DNA of 63,961 bases, filler included, from Nemertoderma westbladi (taxonomy: Eukaryota > Animalia > Xenacoelomorpha): NCBI GenBank assembly GCA_032718475.1. It is 3 parts of 3 records of this genome, joined end to end, with 100 filler letters (N's around TTAATTAATTAA, not from the genome) between each part and the next. Parts side by side here need not be neighbours in the genome. Positions count along the whole stretch, not along the records: positions 1 to 29,481 come from JAUCBJ010000549.1; positions 29,582 to 58,971 come from JAUCBJ010001699.1; 1 more part is not named here. One strand, 5' to 3'. Under the pieces are notes generated by a model, which saw only the letters and a list, made by a program, of their open reading frames with translations, had not been told where the DNA came from and ran no database searches. Below, piece after piece: positions 25,219 to 38,093 of this stretch (position 1 is its first letter; every line of letters begins with the position of its first letter). Position numbers and translations under genes: made by a program.

Positions 25219-25610
25219 TAATTATCCTTTATGTATCATAGAATACAAGAAAAAAAACTGTAACATTATTTTCAGCTTCTTTATCTTAAACTTTATGGCC
25301 TTTATACTGTATTAATTAATTTTTAACGAAACAACAGAAACAATTTTAGAACTTTTTACATTTCTCATTACATTTTACATGTCTCAAGTTTACACTCCAT
25401 TTGGCTCCCTGATCCAATCTTAATGGTTAGCAAATAAAGTACTTTCTGTATAATATAGGCGAATAATAAATTTATCATGGAACCAAAATAATAAACGAAA
25501 GATAAGATCAAATTAATATAAAGGCCACGAAGTTTAGAATAAAACTGTTGAAAATAAAGACTACTGTATGTTACAATCTTTCTTGTAATATGATACATAA
25601 AGGATAATTA
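25219..25610. mobile_element. MITE nested in the Foldback arm
   Basis: TIRs taattatcctttatgtatcata / tatgatacataaaggataatta; similarity extends about 100 bp. Confidence 0.6.
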
Positions 25611-25615
25611 TAATA

Positions 25616-25743
25616 TTTTATTGTTAAATTTCTGAATTACTTAACGCTCGTCCTTGGACAAGCCGTAAATACAGTAGATAGATGGATTATTTGCGGCTCG
25701 TCCATAGACGAGCGTTAAGTAATCAAGAAATTTAACAATAAAA
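25616..25743. repeat. hairpin with ~55-bp imperfect arms
   Basis: ttttattgttaaatttct...ttacttaacgctcgtc / gacgagcgttaagtaa...agaaatttaacaataaaa. Confidence 0.8.
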
Positions 25744-26270
25744 CAACGTATTATAGTGTATAATGTACTTTTATCTCACTTCGGTCCCTCGTTTCAATAT
25801 TTCACTAACTCGAATATGATAATAACTCGAAATAAATTTTCCAGTATTTACTAATTATCATAGTGCGTTAAGGCTCGCCTTTACTACGTGGCTCGCATGT
25901 TCTCGCTGTTATGCCTCAGAACTAAACATTAGATATATTGTACTGTATGTCCTACTCATCTTCACATCCAAAAAAGCGACGTAGATTAGGATTTGTATGG
26001 TTTTTGACAATTTTATAATTTGCTTTATAATTTTTTATTTTCAAAAATCCTGACCTGCGAGAAAGTGGTGAAAGGTAAGTGTAGTTGGGTGGAAGTGAGA
26101 CAATGTTGAGTGTACTGTACTTGGGTGATAGTTGGGTGTAGTTGGGCGGAGAATTGGGTGTAGTTGGGTGAAAGTTGGGTGTTGTTGGGGGTAGTTGGGT
26201 GAAAGTTGGGTGTAGTTGGGTGGAAGTGGAGTGTAATTAAGAATTAATCGTGGAGAATTAGAATTGAGTG

Positions 26271-26438
26271 GAGAATTAATCGGAAACTCAAGGTCCGATT
26301 ATTTAGAGCAGCAGTAGTTCCAGTACTCCTCTACGGGAGTCCATGCTGGGCTCTAACTGCTGAGGACACCAAATCTCTGGATGGCACATTCACAAGAATG
26401 CTACGCCGGGTTCATTGTGTCAAGTACAATGCACACAT
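26271..26438 (+). mobile_element. RTE LINE internal fragment
   Basis: Near-identical to 47693-47860. Confidence 0.85.
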
Positions 26439-26896
26439 TAGTTTGGAAACCTCAATGTTGATCACATGAGGATTTTCGAATGGGTGGAATGTCTGAAAGA
26501 TTAAATACACTTCTCCCATTTCGTTGTTTGTAATAAAATAAGCTGAATATTGTCACATCCTACTGTACATATACTGTATGTACTAGAGACCACAAGCCGC
26601 GTCTATATGATTACGTTGATCAACGTCTGCAATTCTCTACCCTAGTGTGATGAATTATTATTTCTACTACTGTAAGATCTGTAATGTATAACGATCTTAT
26701 CGATTCTCATACTGTAGAGATCTTGTCCATTCTGGCATCGTCTGTATGTGAAGATCATAATAAGTTCCTTGCAGAAATTCCCTTGACCTGTACAGATCTT
26801 ACCAGATCCCCTTTTAGTTTATCAAAAATGTAAAATGTTCTAAAATTATTGCTGTTGTTTCGTTAAAAATTAATTAATATAAAGGCCATAAAGTTC

Positions 26897-27145
26897 GCCC
26901 ATGTGAATAATACCAGGATTTCACTTTTCGGTCGACATTTTATTGGAATTTTATGTATGAAGATTTTTTACTTTTTTTTAATTTATCTTTTTGATACGTT
27001 TCGTTTTGATACGGCTAAATTTCGTTTATTGTTTTGGTTAGATTCAGCCCTTTTGTAACCTGTGATTTTAATGAAAACCTGGGATTCTTCACATGGGGGC
27101 AACTGCAAAGTGAAATATATAACGGCAGAAAGTGTTTACATGGGC
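26897..27145. mobile_element. MITE family A (TIR gcccatgtgaagaatacc)
   Basis: Present in the right Foldback arm only (empty site at about 25288); related copies at 48558-48848 and fragments near 41085-41420. Confidence 0.7.
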
Positions 27146-28236
27146 TCAAGATTAAAATAAAGCTGCTGAAAATAATGTTACAGTTCTTTTTCTTGTATTC
27201 TATGATACATAAAGGATAATTACATTATTATAATTGCATTAAACATGCTGTATAATATAGAACTTATGTCCATTAACTTTGTACGAATTATCTGCATTGC
27301 TATTCCCATAACAGAAGTTTCCAATGCGATTTCGTCGTTAAGGCTGTGACGTTGACCCCCCTGTGTATCAATACCGTTTTCATTTTCACCACAATCCCAC
27401 AGCGCCAGTTTAGTTTTATACTGTAGCTTGGATCGTTCGTCAATAGTCTCTGCGTCTCTCCTTTGTATATTTATTTCTAAATTCATCAATTATTCTAGAA
27501 CCAACCTGCAATAAATATAAAACGTTAGTTTGTTATTTTCATAATTGCTCAGCAGTGGGGGCAACATACAGTACATGAAACATTTAAAAGCTCATATCTC
27601 AGCAATTCCTCAAAGAGTTTGTTACTGTACATATTGTAATTTGTGGAAGTTTGGTGCCATACAGTAGGTATAGTTTGGTGTAAGTTGGATTCAGAGTGGA
27701 AGTGGAAGTGCAGTGGAAGTTGGGTGTAGTGGGGTGGAACTGTGTGGGGTGTAGTTGGGTGAAAGTTGGGTGTAGTTGGGTGTAGTTGGGTGTAGTTGGG
27801 TGTAGTTGGGTGTAGTTGGGTGAAAGTTGGGTGTAGTTGGGTGAAAGTTGGGTGTAGTTGGGTGTTTAGGCTGACCGTCCAGTAGTCTACACTCTACAGA
27901 TACCTTCAGTATAAATTAGATCATTGATGCACTCGATCCTCTGTGGAATCCCCATTATGAACATCACATATATTTCGCCTGGACGGATGCATCGCGCTTA
28001 TTCAATCTAAACATTACTATATGATTGTGATCAGGCAGGCAGGTTATGGTTGATATCAGTTAATGCGATGCCTTTGATAAATTGTGCAAAGGGCGATTAA
28101 GTACTTTAATACAGTAGATAGTGTGGTTGCGTTTTCGCCAACATCTCTTTCCAAGCTTGGTGAGAATAACTCTTCCGGGAAGAAAAATATACTCGATTTA
28201 TGACTACTATCATCTGATCATATGTTGACGTCACAT

Positions 28237-29481
28237 TAAATAAACACAAATAAACAAAAACACACACAAACAAAAGCAAACAAAACACACAAAAACAAAC
28301 AAAAGACACATAAAGAAACAAAACACACAAAAACAAACAAAAACACACAAAAACAAACAGAAACACACAAAAACATACAATTCACACAAAAACACACAAA
28401 AATATACAATTCACACAAAAACACACTAAAACAAACAAAAACACACTAAAACAAACAAAAACACACTAAAACAAACAAAAACACACAAAAACAAACAAAA
28501 ACACATAAAAACAAACATAAACACACAAAATCAAACAAAAACAAACAAAACACACAAAAACAAACAGAAACACACAAAAACAAACAAAAGACACATAAAG
28601 AAACAAAACACACAAAAACAAACAAAAACACACAAAAACAAACAGAAACACACAAAAACACACAAAAATATACAATTCACACAAAAACACACAAAATAAA
28701 CAAAAACACACTAAAACAAACAAAAACACACTAAAACAAACAAAAACACACAAAAACAAACAAAAACACATAAAAACAAACATAAACACACAAAATCAAA
28801 CAAAAACAAACAAAACACACAAAAACAAACAGAAACACACAAAACACACAAAAACAAATAAACAAAAACACACAGAAAAACAAACAAAAGCAAACAAAAC
28901 AAACAAAAACAAACAAAAACCCAAAAACAAACACAAATATACAAAAACAAACAAAAACACACACAAACAAACAAAAGCAAACAAACACACAAAAACAAAC
29001 AAACAAAAACAAACAAAAGACACCTAAAGAAACAAAAACACACAAAAACAAACAAAAACACACAAAATCAAACAGAAACACACAAAAACATACAATTCAC
29101 ACAAAAACACACAAAAACATACAATTCACACAAAAACACACAAAACACACAAAAACAAACAAAAGCAATCAAAACAAACAAAAACACAAAAACAAACACA
29201 AAAACAAATAAACAAAAACACACACAAACAAACAAAAGCAAACAAAACACACAAAAACAAACAAAAGAAATATAAAGAAACAGAACACACAAAAAGAAAC
29301 AAAAACACACAAAAACAAACAGAAACACACAAAAACATACAATTCACACAAAAACATACAATTCACACAAAAACACACAAAACAAACAAAAACACACAAA
29401 AACAAACAAAAACACACAAAAACAAACAAAAACACACAAAAACAAACAAAAACACACAAAAACAAACAAAACATACAAAAA
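28237..29481. repeat. A/C-only low-complexity satellite running into a gap
   Basis: caaaaacaca/caaaaacaaa variants with higher-order blocks. Confidence 0.95.
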
Positions 29482-29581
29482 NNNNNNNNNNNNNNNNNNN
29501 NNNNNNNNNNNNNNNNNNNNNNNNNTTAATTAATTAANNNNNNNNNNNNNNNNNNNNNNNNNNNNNNNNNNNNNNNNNNNN
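29482..29581. other. scaffold gap with artificial TTAATTAATTAA spacer
   Basis: 100-position N block with a six-frame stop linker at 29526-29537. Confidence 0.95.
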
Positions 29582-30264
29582 CGTTTACCTTGGGAACTAA
29601 CAAATGGCGCTGCGAGTTGAAAGAAACCTATGGGCCTTGATACTGACTACTGGACTACAGACCAGGGCCACGCATTGCTGCTTTGATTAGGCCTATTGAT
29701 TTGATACTACATCAGCAGGACGGTAATTACAACTACAGAACTACTGACCAAATTGCTACATCAGTACAGACCGGTACGGATCAACCGTACTGAGGTCACT
29801 GCTACAGCTTTTACATACGTACCGTCTCACCGTCGGTTGCTACCGCCACAACCAGACAACGATTACCGTTGCTTTCAAAACTTCTACCTACCATTCCAAC
29901 CAGCCTAGACCGTACATTCCTGCATTCGTTTTTTCTTACACCGGTATTACAAACCGGGCTGGCAGGAGGGAAATAGGCCAACCCTGCCACTCTCAGACTC
30001 TAAGCCTACAGTCTGACAGTAACTACGAACATTTCTACCAGTAAATTGCTATTGCAGTATTGTAACCCGTCTTTAAAAATATTCCAGTTCTACTTGTTGA
30101 CTGGAAGGAAAGAACCTGTATTCTTTGGCCATTCTGCCATTCGTTCATTTGTTCTACAATATGCAATACACCGGTACTCTGGTACTCATTACTGATATAC
30201 AGAGCAATACTTGTCAGACTACTGGTAGGCCTAGATCTGCCAAATAAACATTTCTATACATACA

Positions 30265-31126
30265 ATGGCAGCGGCAGCCCCTGTATATACAAGGCTGTTT
30301 AAACCTTTCAAACAAACAGACAAATGGAGTGTCTATAAAACCATGATTTTGACAATTATAAATTCTGTTAGAATACCAGATAACAGTAACCCCGAAGAAG
30401 AAAAAAGGAAAATTTTAATTTCAAATTGTGGAACTGACCTCCTTGAAATAATAATAGATATTATTTACCAAGTAGACGTCAATGATGCTACATTTACAGT
30501 CATTATAGATGCTCTCAATGATTATTTTCAATCATCCATAAACAAAGAGGCTGAAGTACGCAAATTTATTAGATTGCAGCAATTGCCTGCAGAATCTGTA
30601 ACTGATTTTGTTAAACGTCTACGCTCTGGGTCACGCTACTGTGAATTTGGAACAAGCCTGGACAGCAGGCTGAAAGAACAATTGCTTGCAGGCATAGCGA
30701 ATGAATCTATAGCTACAGAATTGATGCGGTCAAAACCTACAGATTTTGCTACCGCGATTCAAGTTGCACGAAATTATGAAGAGGCATGCAATTTTGCAAA
30801 ACGAGATATAGACGGGTTAACGGTACAAATGTCTAAACTAAACCCAAACTATGGGGCTTCTGAGCCGCATAATTATAAAAGTTGTAGTTTTCCACACATT
30901 CAATGCTTACTTTGTAATAAAAAAGGGCATAAATCTAACAGATGCAATGTGTCAGCAAGTATAACATGTCACTTTTGTGGAAATGCGGGCCATTTAGAAG
31001 TTGCGTGTTTGAAGAAAAGGGCCACATACACAAATTCAGGCAGTTTTAAACAGCAACGACCTGATAGACAGTTAAATACAAGTTCTAATAAAACTTGTAA
31101 ATCATTTAGTAAAGCCCATGCAGTTG
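30265..31126 (+). pseudogene. Gypsy gag (interrupted)
   Basis: Q.PAESVTDFVKRLR...CEFG..LDSRLKEQLLAGI; CCHC knuckles CLLCNKKGHKSNRC and CHFCGNAGHLEVAC. Confidence 0.88.
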
Positions 31127-32160
31127 ACATGAGAGTAAAAACCCAAGCGATCATTTTGTGAACATCCAACTGATATTGCCTGTTTTATAAATGCTTTAAG
31201 TTGTTATGGGATGTTCTGTTTGATTGGTTGTTATGTGATTTACTTGCTAATCTTGGCCAGTATTAAATACACTAAATCAACAAGCACTGATCAATGTGTA
31301 CAGATATACAGTAGGAGTCAATATGTTTCACAGGAGGCATGATGGAGGGGGGGGGGGGGGATTTTCGAAAACCTACTGGCGCTTGGTGAATTAAAAGCAC
31401 ATCCCGGCGAATTAGCAATGATAATTATTAAGTGAGGGAAAGGAGCAGGTTGCTGTGGCAGGATAATGGATAGAATAATAATGATTTTTATTACGTACTA
31501 TATTTATTATTTATTTTGGAATAAAGATGTAAGGTAAAAAGAGCACGACATTGACATTTTCGTCGACATTGACTGATTGACGTCGTCGGGATGTGCAGTT
31601 ATCCGATGTCGGATTATATTACTTTTCTCTGTAAATCTTTTCTCACAATGGGTACCGGTACACGTATAATAATCTTTTTCACAATTCATTATTAGGGCCT
31701 ACTGTATTACGTATTATTTACCTACTTTAAATGTCCAGTTACTGCTGTATTGTACGATATGACAGTATTTTACAAAGATTAAAGCTGTAAAGAGGTCTGG
31801 CCTCTATCCTAGAACCTAGACGCAAGAGTCCATCAATTGTATTATATTCTTAAGTACATTCCTGCATTCTTTCATTATTACGTCAGTCACTGCAAACAAT
31901 CACTCATAGCGTCATAGGTAAGTGTGTTAGAGTCTGAGAGTACATGTAGAGCTACCGGCATACTGCTAATATTTAAATGTAAACTACTAAGTTACATTGA
32001 TCGCTTGTTGATTTAGTGCATTTAATACTGGCCAAGATTAGCAAGTAAATCACACAACAACCAATCAAACAGAACATCCCATAACAACTTAAAGCATTTA
32101 TAAAACAGGCAATATCATTGGATGTTCACAAAATGATCGCTTGGGTTTTTACTCTCATGT
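31127..32160. mobile_element. non-autonomous MULE-like DNA transposon
   Basis: ~170-bp TIRs acatgagagtaaaaaccc...; 9-bp TSD atgcagttg (31118-31126, 32161-32169); removing it restores the gag-pol frame KAHAV|DVTD. Confidence 0.9.
31507..31689 (-). pseudogene. C2H2 zinc-finger fragment inside the MULE-like element
   Basis: YTCTGTHCEKRFTEKSNIIRHRITAH fits the C2H2 consensus. Confidence 0.7.
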
Positions 32161-32169
32161 ATGCAGTTG

Positions 32170-35100
32170 ATGTTACAGATACAGGCGAAAGTACAGACGA
32201 AGAAGATATGTTTGAACAAATGAAAAGTTTTACTGTAAAAGCAGAAATTGAAACCAATCAACTTAATAAGGTAGATCCAATGACTACAATCATAACTGTA
32301 AATAACTCAAAGTCAATAATTTTTGAGCTTGACACAGGTGCACGTCATTCGGCCATTACATATTCAACATTAGAAAAGTATATACCAGAATTTAAGTTGG
32401 AAGAGAGTGATGCAACACTACGTGGTTACTGTGATGGTACAAAAAAGGTTCTAGGCCTTTGCCATGTCACAGTACATATACCCAAATTGAACAAGACAGT
32501 TAATAATCTACCATTACTAGTGATCAATGGAAAAGTGAATACACCACTTTTTTGGAAAACATTGGGTGGATACGTTTGGAGAAGGAGTGGATAAGCTAGT
32601 AGAAACTGCTCCGTTCATAGTGAAGTCCTTAGTACCCAGGAGTGCCTTAGAAAGTATTCTTGAAAATAATAGAAATGTATTTGATGGATTAGGATGCTAC
32701 AATGGTACGCCAGCTAATGTTAGTTTGAAAGTGAATGCCCAGCCCAAGTTTTTAAAGTGTAGAACTGTCCCCCATGCATTTCGCGAGAAAGTGGAGTTGA
32801 TATTACAGTCAGATATTGACAAGGGCAGCCTTCGTAAACCACTACCAAATGAAAACATTGAATGGGCTACCCCACTTGTTGTCGCAAAAAAACCTGGTTT
32901 AGATGACAAAATACGAGTCTGTGGGGATTATAAAAGTACATTAAATCCACATATCATAGATGATCCATTTCCCTTACCTACATTTGATGAAATTGCAGCA
33001 AAACTGGAGGGTGGAGAAGAGTTTACAGTGATTGACCTAAGAGAAGCCTACCATCAGCTTCCTCTAGATCAGCATTCCCAACTACTTACGACTTTAAATA
33101 CTCCACTTGGACTCTTAATACCAACTCGTGTTCCTTACGGGATAAAAACCGCAAGCACTAAGTGTTTAAAAGTTGTTGATGAGGTACTTCAAGAAGTCGA
33201 CTGTAAAGAATCCGTTGCTGCTTACATGGATGAAATAATAATAACAGGTACAAATCGTCAGGATCATTTAGAGAGACTTTGCAAAGTTCTCAAACAATTA
33301 CAACATCGAAACAAAACGTTACGGAGAGAAAAGTGTGCATTTTTACAGGATGAAGTCAAATTCTGCGGTCATGTCATTTCGAAACACGGAATTGCTCCTG
33401 ATAAGGACAAAATTGAAGCTGTAGTGAAATTGCAGGAACCTTCAACTACCAAAGAGCATCAGTCAGCTTTAGGATTCTTCAACTATTTGAGAAAGTTCAT
33501 CCCGAATTATGCAGAAATGGCCCAACCCCTTTACAAAATGTTAGAGAAAGGAAATAAGTTTTTGTGGACCAAAGTTGAAAGTAAGGCTTTTACAGACCTG
33601 AAACGGGCCATCACAAAATATACAATGCTTTGTTTTTTTGATACAAGAAAGGAAACACATCTAATTACAGATGCTTCAGAACAAACAATATCTGCAATAT
33701 TGTTACAGAAGAATACTGAAGGAAATCTATGCCCTATCGAATTCATGTCTGCTTCCCTATCACAATGTCAGAAGCGCTATTCACAACTTGATCGTGAGGC
33801 TCTTGCTATCATTAGTGGAATTCGGAAATTCCGAAATTATTTAATAGGTAGAAAATTCCATTTGATTACCGACAACGAGCCTCTCCGACATATATTATCA
33901 CCTTCAAAGGCATTGCCAGCTCTAGCAGTTTCTCGGCTTCAGCACTGGGCAATGGAGTTGTCATCCTATGAATTCAGTATGTCATACATAAAGTCACAAT
34001 TGAACCCATCCGATTGTTTTACTCGAATTTCGCAACCAGGTAACATTGTAGATGATGATATTGATATCAAATGCTTTGATATTCAAGAAGAGCAAAACAT
34101 CAAATCGAGATGGTTTAAAAGCAGCCACTGCTAATGATAATGTTTTAAAATTAATACTACAGCATTTAAATTGTCCAAATTCCAGAATTGCAAAGGATAA
34201 AGCTCTTCATGATTACAAACCTTTAATGATTGAACTATCCAGTAATGATGGAATTTTATGTAGAGGAACAGCAACAATAATCCCAATATCACTTCAGAAG
34301 AAAGTTCTCCAAGAGCTCCATGGACCACATATTTGCGCACGACGAATGAAAGAAACTGCTCGTAATGTAGTTTGGTGGTTGGGAATCTCCAAAGATATAG
34401 AACTATATGTGAAAAGTTGTGAAAGTTGCCAGAGATGTGCGAAAGAGGTACATGTTACAACATGTCCAATGCCAGAACCAATAGAACCTTTTGAAAGAAT
34501 ACATCTTGACTTTGCAGAATACGAATCGACAATCTTCTTAGGAATAGAATGTGCCAAGACAAAATGGTCTCGAGTTATTGTTCCCAACAAAGCAACAGCA
34601 GCTATAGTCATCACTGAACTTCGGAAATTTTTCGCCGATTTCTCTATCCCTAAAATTATCGTTGCAGATAATGGTCCCCAATTCCGAGCCGAAGAATTGG
34701 ATGCTTTTTGCATTGCAAATGGCATTAACCGATGGCCCTCACCACCATATAAACCGTCTTGTAATGGTGCAGCTGAGAGACTAGTGCAATCATTCAAATC
34801 GTCATTAAAGAAACAAGAAGATGATAATGAAAAATTATCTATGGCAGATCGTATAAGTAGATTCATGTTGTTTGACCATAATGCAATAAAATCAAATGGG
34901 AAAACCCCCGCCGAGTTAGTGTTAGCGTACAAGCCAAAGACCCGATTAGATAGACTGATCAACTTCCCAGCAAAGATCAAGGATCCAAAAAATAGTCCTT
35001 ACGTTATTGGTGAAGCTGTATGGATACGTAATTATTCTCGATTATCTGGGCACTATGAGCGTTGGTTGCCTGGTAAAGTGGTTCAATACATCGGGAATAG

Positions 35101-35488
35101 AATTATCACGGTTGAAGTGTGTGGTGTCATTGTCCGTCGCCACATTGACCAAATGAGACGCCGTTATAGTCCATTTGTAGGAACTTCACGCAGTATAGCG
35201 CCCACCGAGATAACTAGTTCGCAACCCCTACCACCATATTACCATAGGTTAATAAATATTCCGGAAACAACTCCGGCCCATATTCAACGACGTTCTGAGA
35301 AGACACTTACCCAGATTCCACTGGAATGCACCTTCGAACCAACACAAGAACGGGTCGAGAGCTTTGTAACGCCCCGCAACAACCCACCATCACCTACGGT
35401 ACACAACCAGGGTGAACAACTCTCCAATGAACATCCAGCGAGATACCCACGATGGGCTCATAAGAAACCAAACTATTATGGATATTAA
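32170..35488 (+). pseudogene. Gypsy pol (protease, RT, RNase H, integrase) with two frameshifts
   Basis: ELDTGA; IRVCGDYK, IDLREAYHQ, YMDE; TDAS, DREALAI; HHCC, HLDF, DNGPQF, NGAAER; frameshifts near 32550 and 34100. Confidence 0.92.
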
Positions 35489-35577
35489 TATGGGAATAGG
35501 AGACTATAATAAGCCTGAACATAATACTCAAAGATTCATATTGTGTGTTTTATATGAATTATTTTGTGGGGGGAAAT

Positions 35578-35855
35578 TGTTAGGGTTATGATTGATGGTG
35601 TTATGCGGGACTGATATACTGTATGTACATAGGTAGGAGGATTCCAAGGAGATACCGGTTACTACCTAGGTCAGTACGGCAGTAGGTAGAGATAGATAGA
35701 TTCAGTACAGCAGTACATTCATTGTATTCGTCCGTCCTGCTTTACTTTATGCCGTCATACCATCACTATGGGACTGCAGGTATATAGGAATATATAGATA
35801 TATATGATCATCACTTATCTTTATTATATCTTCACGTTTACCTTGGGAACTAACA
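35578..35855 (+). repeat. 3' LTR (278 bp)
   Basis: TGTTAG...CTAACA termini. Confidence 0.88.
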
Positions 35856-37019
35856 AAGAACAATGTTGTTGAACAATAGGATCACTTTAGATGGAATAGA
35901 TTCAAAGAATGCCAGAATTACTCTCGATCTAAATGATGCAGAGGTTTCACGAAAAGGCTTCTGACTAATCGGGAATTTCATGACGGGAATTGGTACATAA
36001 TCCAGGATTCACCCAATTATCAGACTAGCAACCATGCACAGACTTTAGGTATCATCTACAGGGTTTCCTACAGTAGTTTAAAAGCTATTGCTGCCTACTG
36101 GCGCAAGAAGTCGAGTACCGATCTAGACTTTGCTGATGACTTTGGATTGAATTTTATAATTGGAGTACATTAGATTTACTGTGATCATTACCTCTGCTCA
36201 TTGGATCAGGCTGATTCTCGTGTTGTAAAAACAAAATTTTGTAAAATGTTTAAATTATTAAAAATACTGACTTTCGATGCCATATTGTCCTGGGTGTACA
36301 TGGAGTTCTACAATAACGGCCTCGGGGAGTTCTACAATGGCTCTACTTTAACTTCTACTGTATAGTACCATTATATTGCCGAATTCCAGGAAGGGCAGCA
36401 TGGAACCATATTATTGCAGAATGCCCGGGGAGGTTTTTATGAGGGTAGTGAACAAGCGGGTTCATGGAGTAGATTTAATTGTTGAATGTCTCCCGGGGGA
36501 AATTTGATTTTCACTAGTTTCAGTTTCGGCTCTAGGCCTACATACTTCCATGCATGAATTATTATTAATTTACATTTTTGAGTAAAAATTATTTTTAGAC
36601 ATATTTTCCACTACTGATACAGGAAATTCTATGAAAAAATGAAAAAAATTACCAGTTTTCATGTAATAATGCGTTTTATTGGTGTACCATATATGGCACG
36701 CTATGCATTGGATATATCAAAGTACCCAAATATTTTACTGCATGATGGGTCATATATGGCACAGCAAATACGAAACAGTTGACTGGATTGTCAATTATTA
36801 TTACATGTACTAAAAAGTAATTATGAATCAGAAACAGATTCCATCAATAATGTTGATATGATTTTCAGTGTTAGATTCCCAGCCCGCATTTTTTACAAAT
36901 TCTTAATAGAATAAATAACTGAAAAATTGACAATGTAGGGATTCTGGAATATCTAAAGATCTCTGGAAGTACGAATATTATTATATTCTCATATACGAAT
37001 AATAATTTATGAATGGGAG

Positions 37020-37268
37020 AATCTTTTAGGCTCATTAAGCCAAGGAATGCCTGTTCACCACCATGGGTGATCTTCCACAGTAAACCCTTCCACTCTGTTT
37101 CCCAAGTTGCCTTGGTTCCCATTTATCGACCACTGAAGGATAAAGCCGGGGTTGGGCTAGGCTGCAGCATTTAAAGCACTGTGCCCAAACAGTGCTGCCC
37201 CATCTAGGGATCGAACCAGGGCTCCCTAATCGGAAGCCCAGTAATATCACCACTAGACCAAGCTGCTG
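37020..37268 (-). mobile_element. tRNA-derived SINE (Meta-like core)
   Basis: A box tggtctagtgg, B box ggttcgatccc; core ctttatccttcagtggtcgataaatgggaacc. Confidence 0.7.
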
Positions 37269-38093
37269 CTTAATAATAATTTATGTAAACCAGTAAACCT
37301 CTTCCCATTTTACACGGGGAGCTTCGATGCCCATTGGGTTCGAAATTGTACTGATTTACATCGCCAAGGTACAGCAGCACCTACAGGACAGCAGTATTCT
37401 ATTAGGGATTATATTGTGTGTACTGTAGGGTAGGCCTAATTACTGAATTAAATACCGTGCAAATGGATAAAAAATACTGGAACATTAATTAAAAGTAATC
37501 GAATAATACCCTAAGGCATTATTACCGCGTTAAAAGGATTTAAACTGGAAATGTAAAGAACATTTCAAATAATATTGCATGTCTATACTGTTATAGTCTG
37601 CCCTTCCCCCATCACCAAGCGACCTTTACTATGCCCCCACCACATACTTTTATTATAGGAAGGGATCTCGATCCTAACCTCGAATGATAAGTTTATTTTA
37701 CCGAAAATATCTTATATTTTATTGGCGCAATTGTAGGACTAATCTCATCACATGCGTACTTTTTAACCGGGTAGTGTACAAATTTAGGAATCGCGTAATT
37801 TTTCTTGAAATTAATATCTCATATCTCTCCAAACCACGTACGCGTTTCGACCTTACCGGGTCTCATCATCAGACCCCTAGATCCCTTCCTATAATAAATG
37901 TATAATAACAAACACCTCGATAAATACAGCTTGCCAACACATTGTTACTACCCACCACATACTGACATACCGGTACCTATAATGTCAGTAGGTATTCTAC
38001 ATTGTACCTCATCCCTGTTTAACGAGTTGGATGTTAATCATATTTTTATTAAAATAATTAGTTTAAACAATTTGATTAGTTGTAAATCTTATT

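Larger units (their letters stand above)
24420..27876. mobile_element. Foldback/MULE-like element with ~0.95-kb inverted arms and 9-bp TSD
   Basis: TSD gtccagtag at 24411-24419 and 27877-27885; termini ggtcagcctaa(t/a)cacccaactacac; subterminal 10-11-bp tandem repeats; arms about 24436-25370 and 26822-27876. Confidence 0.8.
29582..35855 (+). mobile_element. Ty3/Gypsy (Mag-like) LTR retrotransposon, inactive
   Basis: 5' LTR end 29582-29602 is identical to the 3' LTR end; PBS tggcgctgcgag at 29605 (tRNA-Ser-like); gag-PR-RT-RH-IN order; purine tract before the 3' LTR. Confidence 0.93.

Noticed and set aside
27220-27489. 89-aa ORF in the Foldback arm
   Set aside because: The opposite arm copy differs by an indel in this region and no domain is recognisable.
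28106-29474. Phe/Val/Cys-rich membrane-like ORFs
   Set aside because: Reverse translations of an A/C low-complexity satellite.
29526-29537. TTAATTAATTAA palindrome inside N runs (also 59016-59027)
   Set aside because: Identical layout in both gaps and stops in all six frames: an artificial scaffolding spacer.
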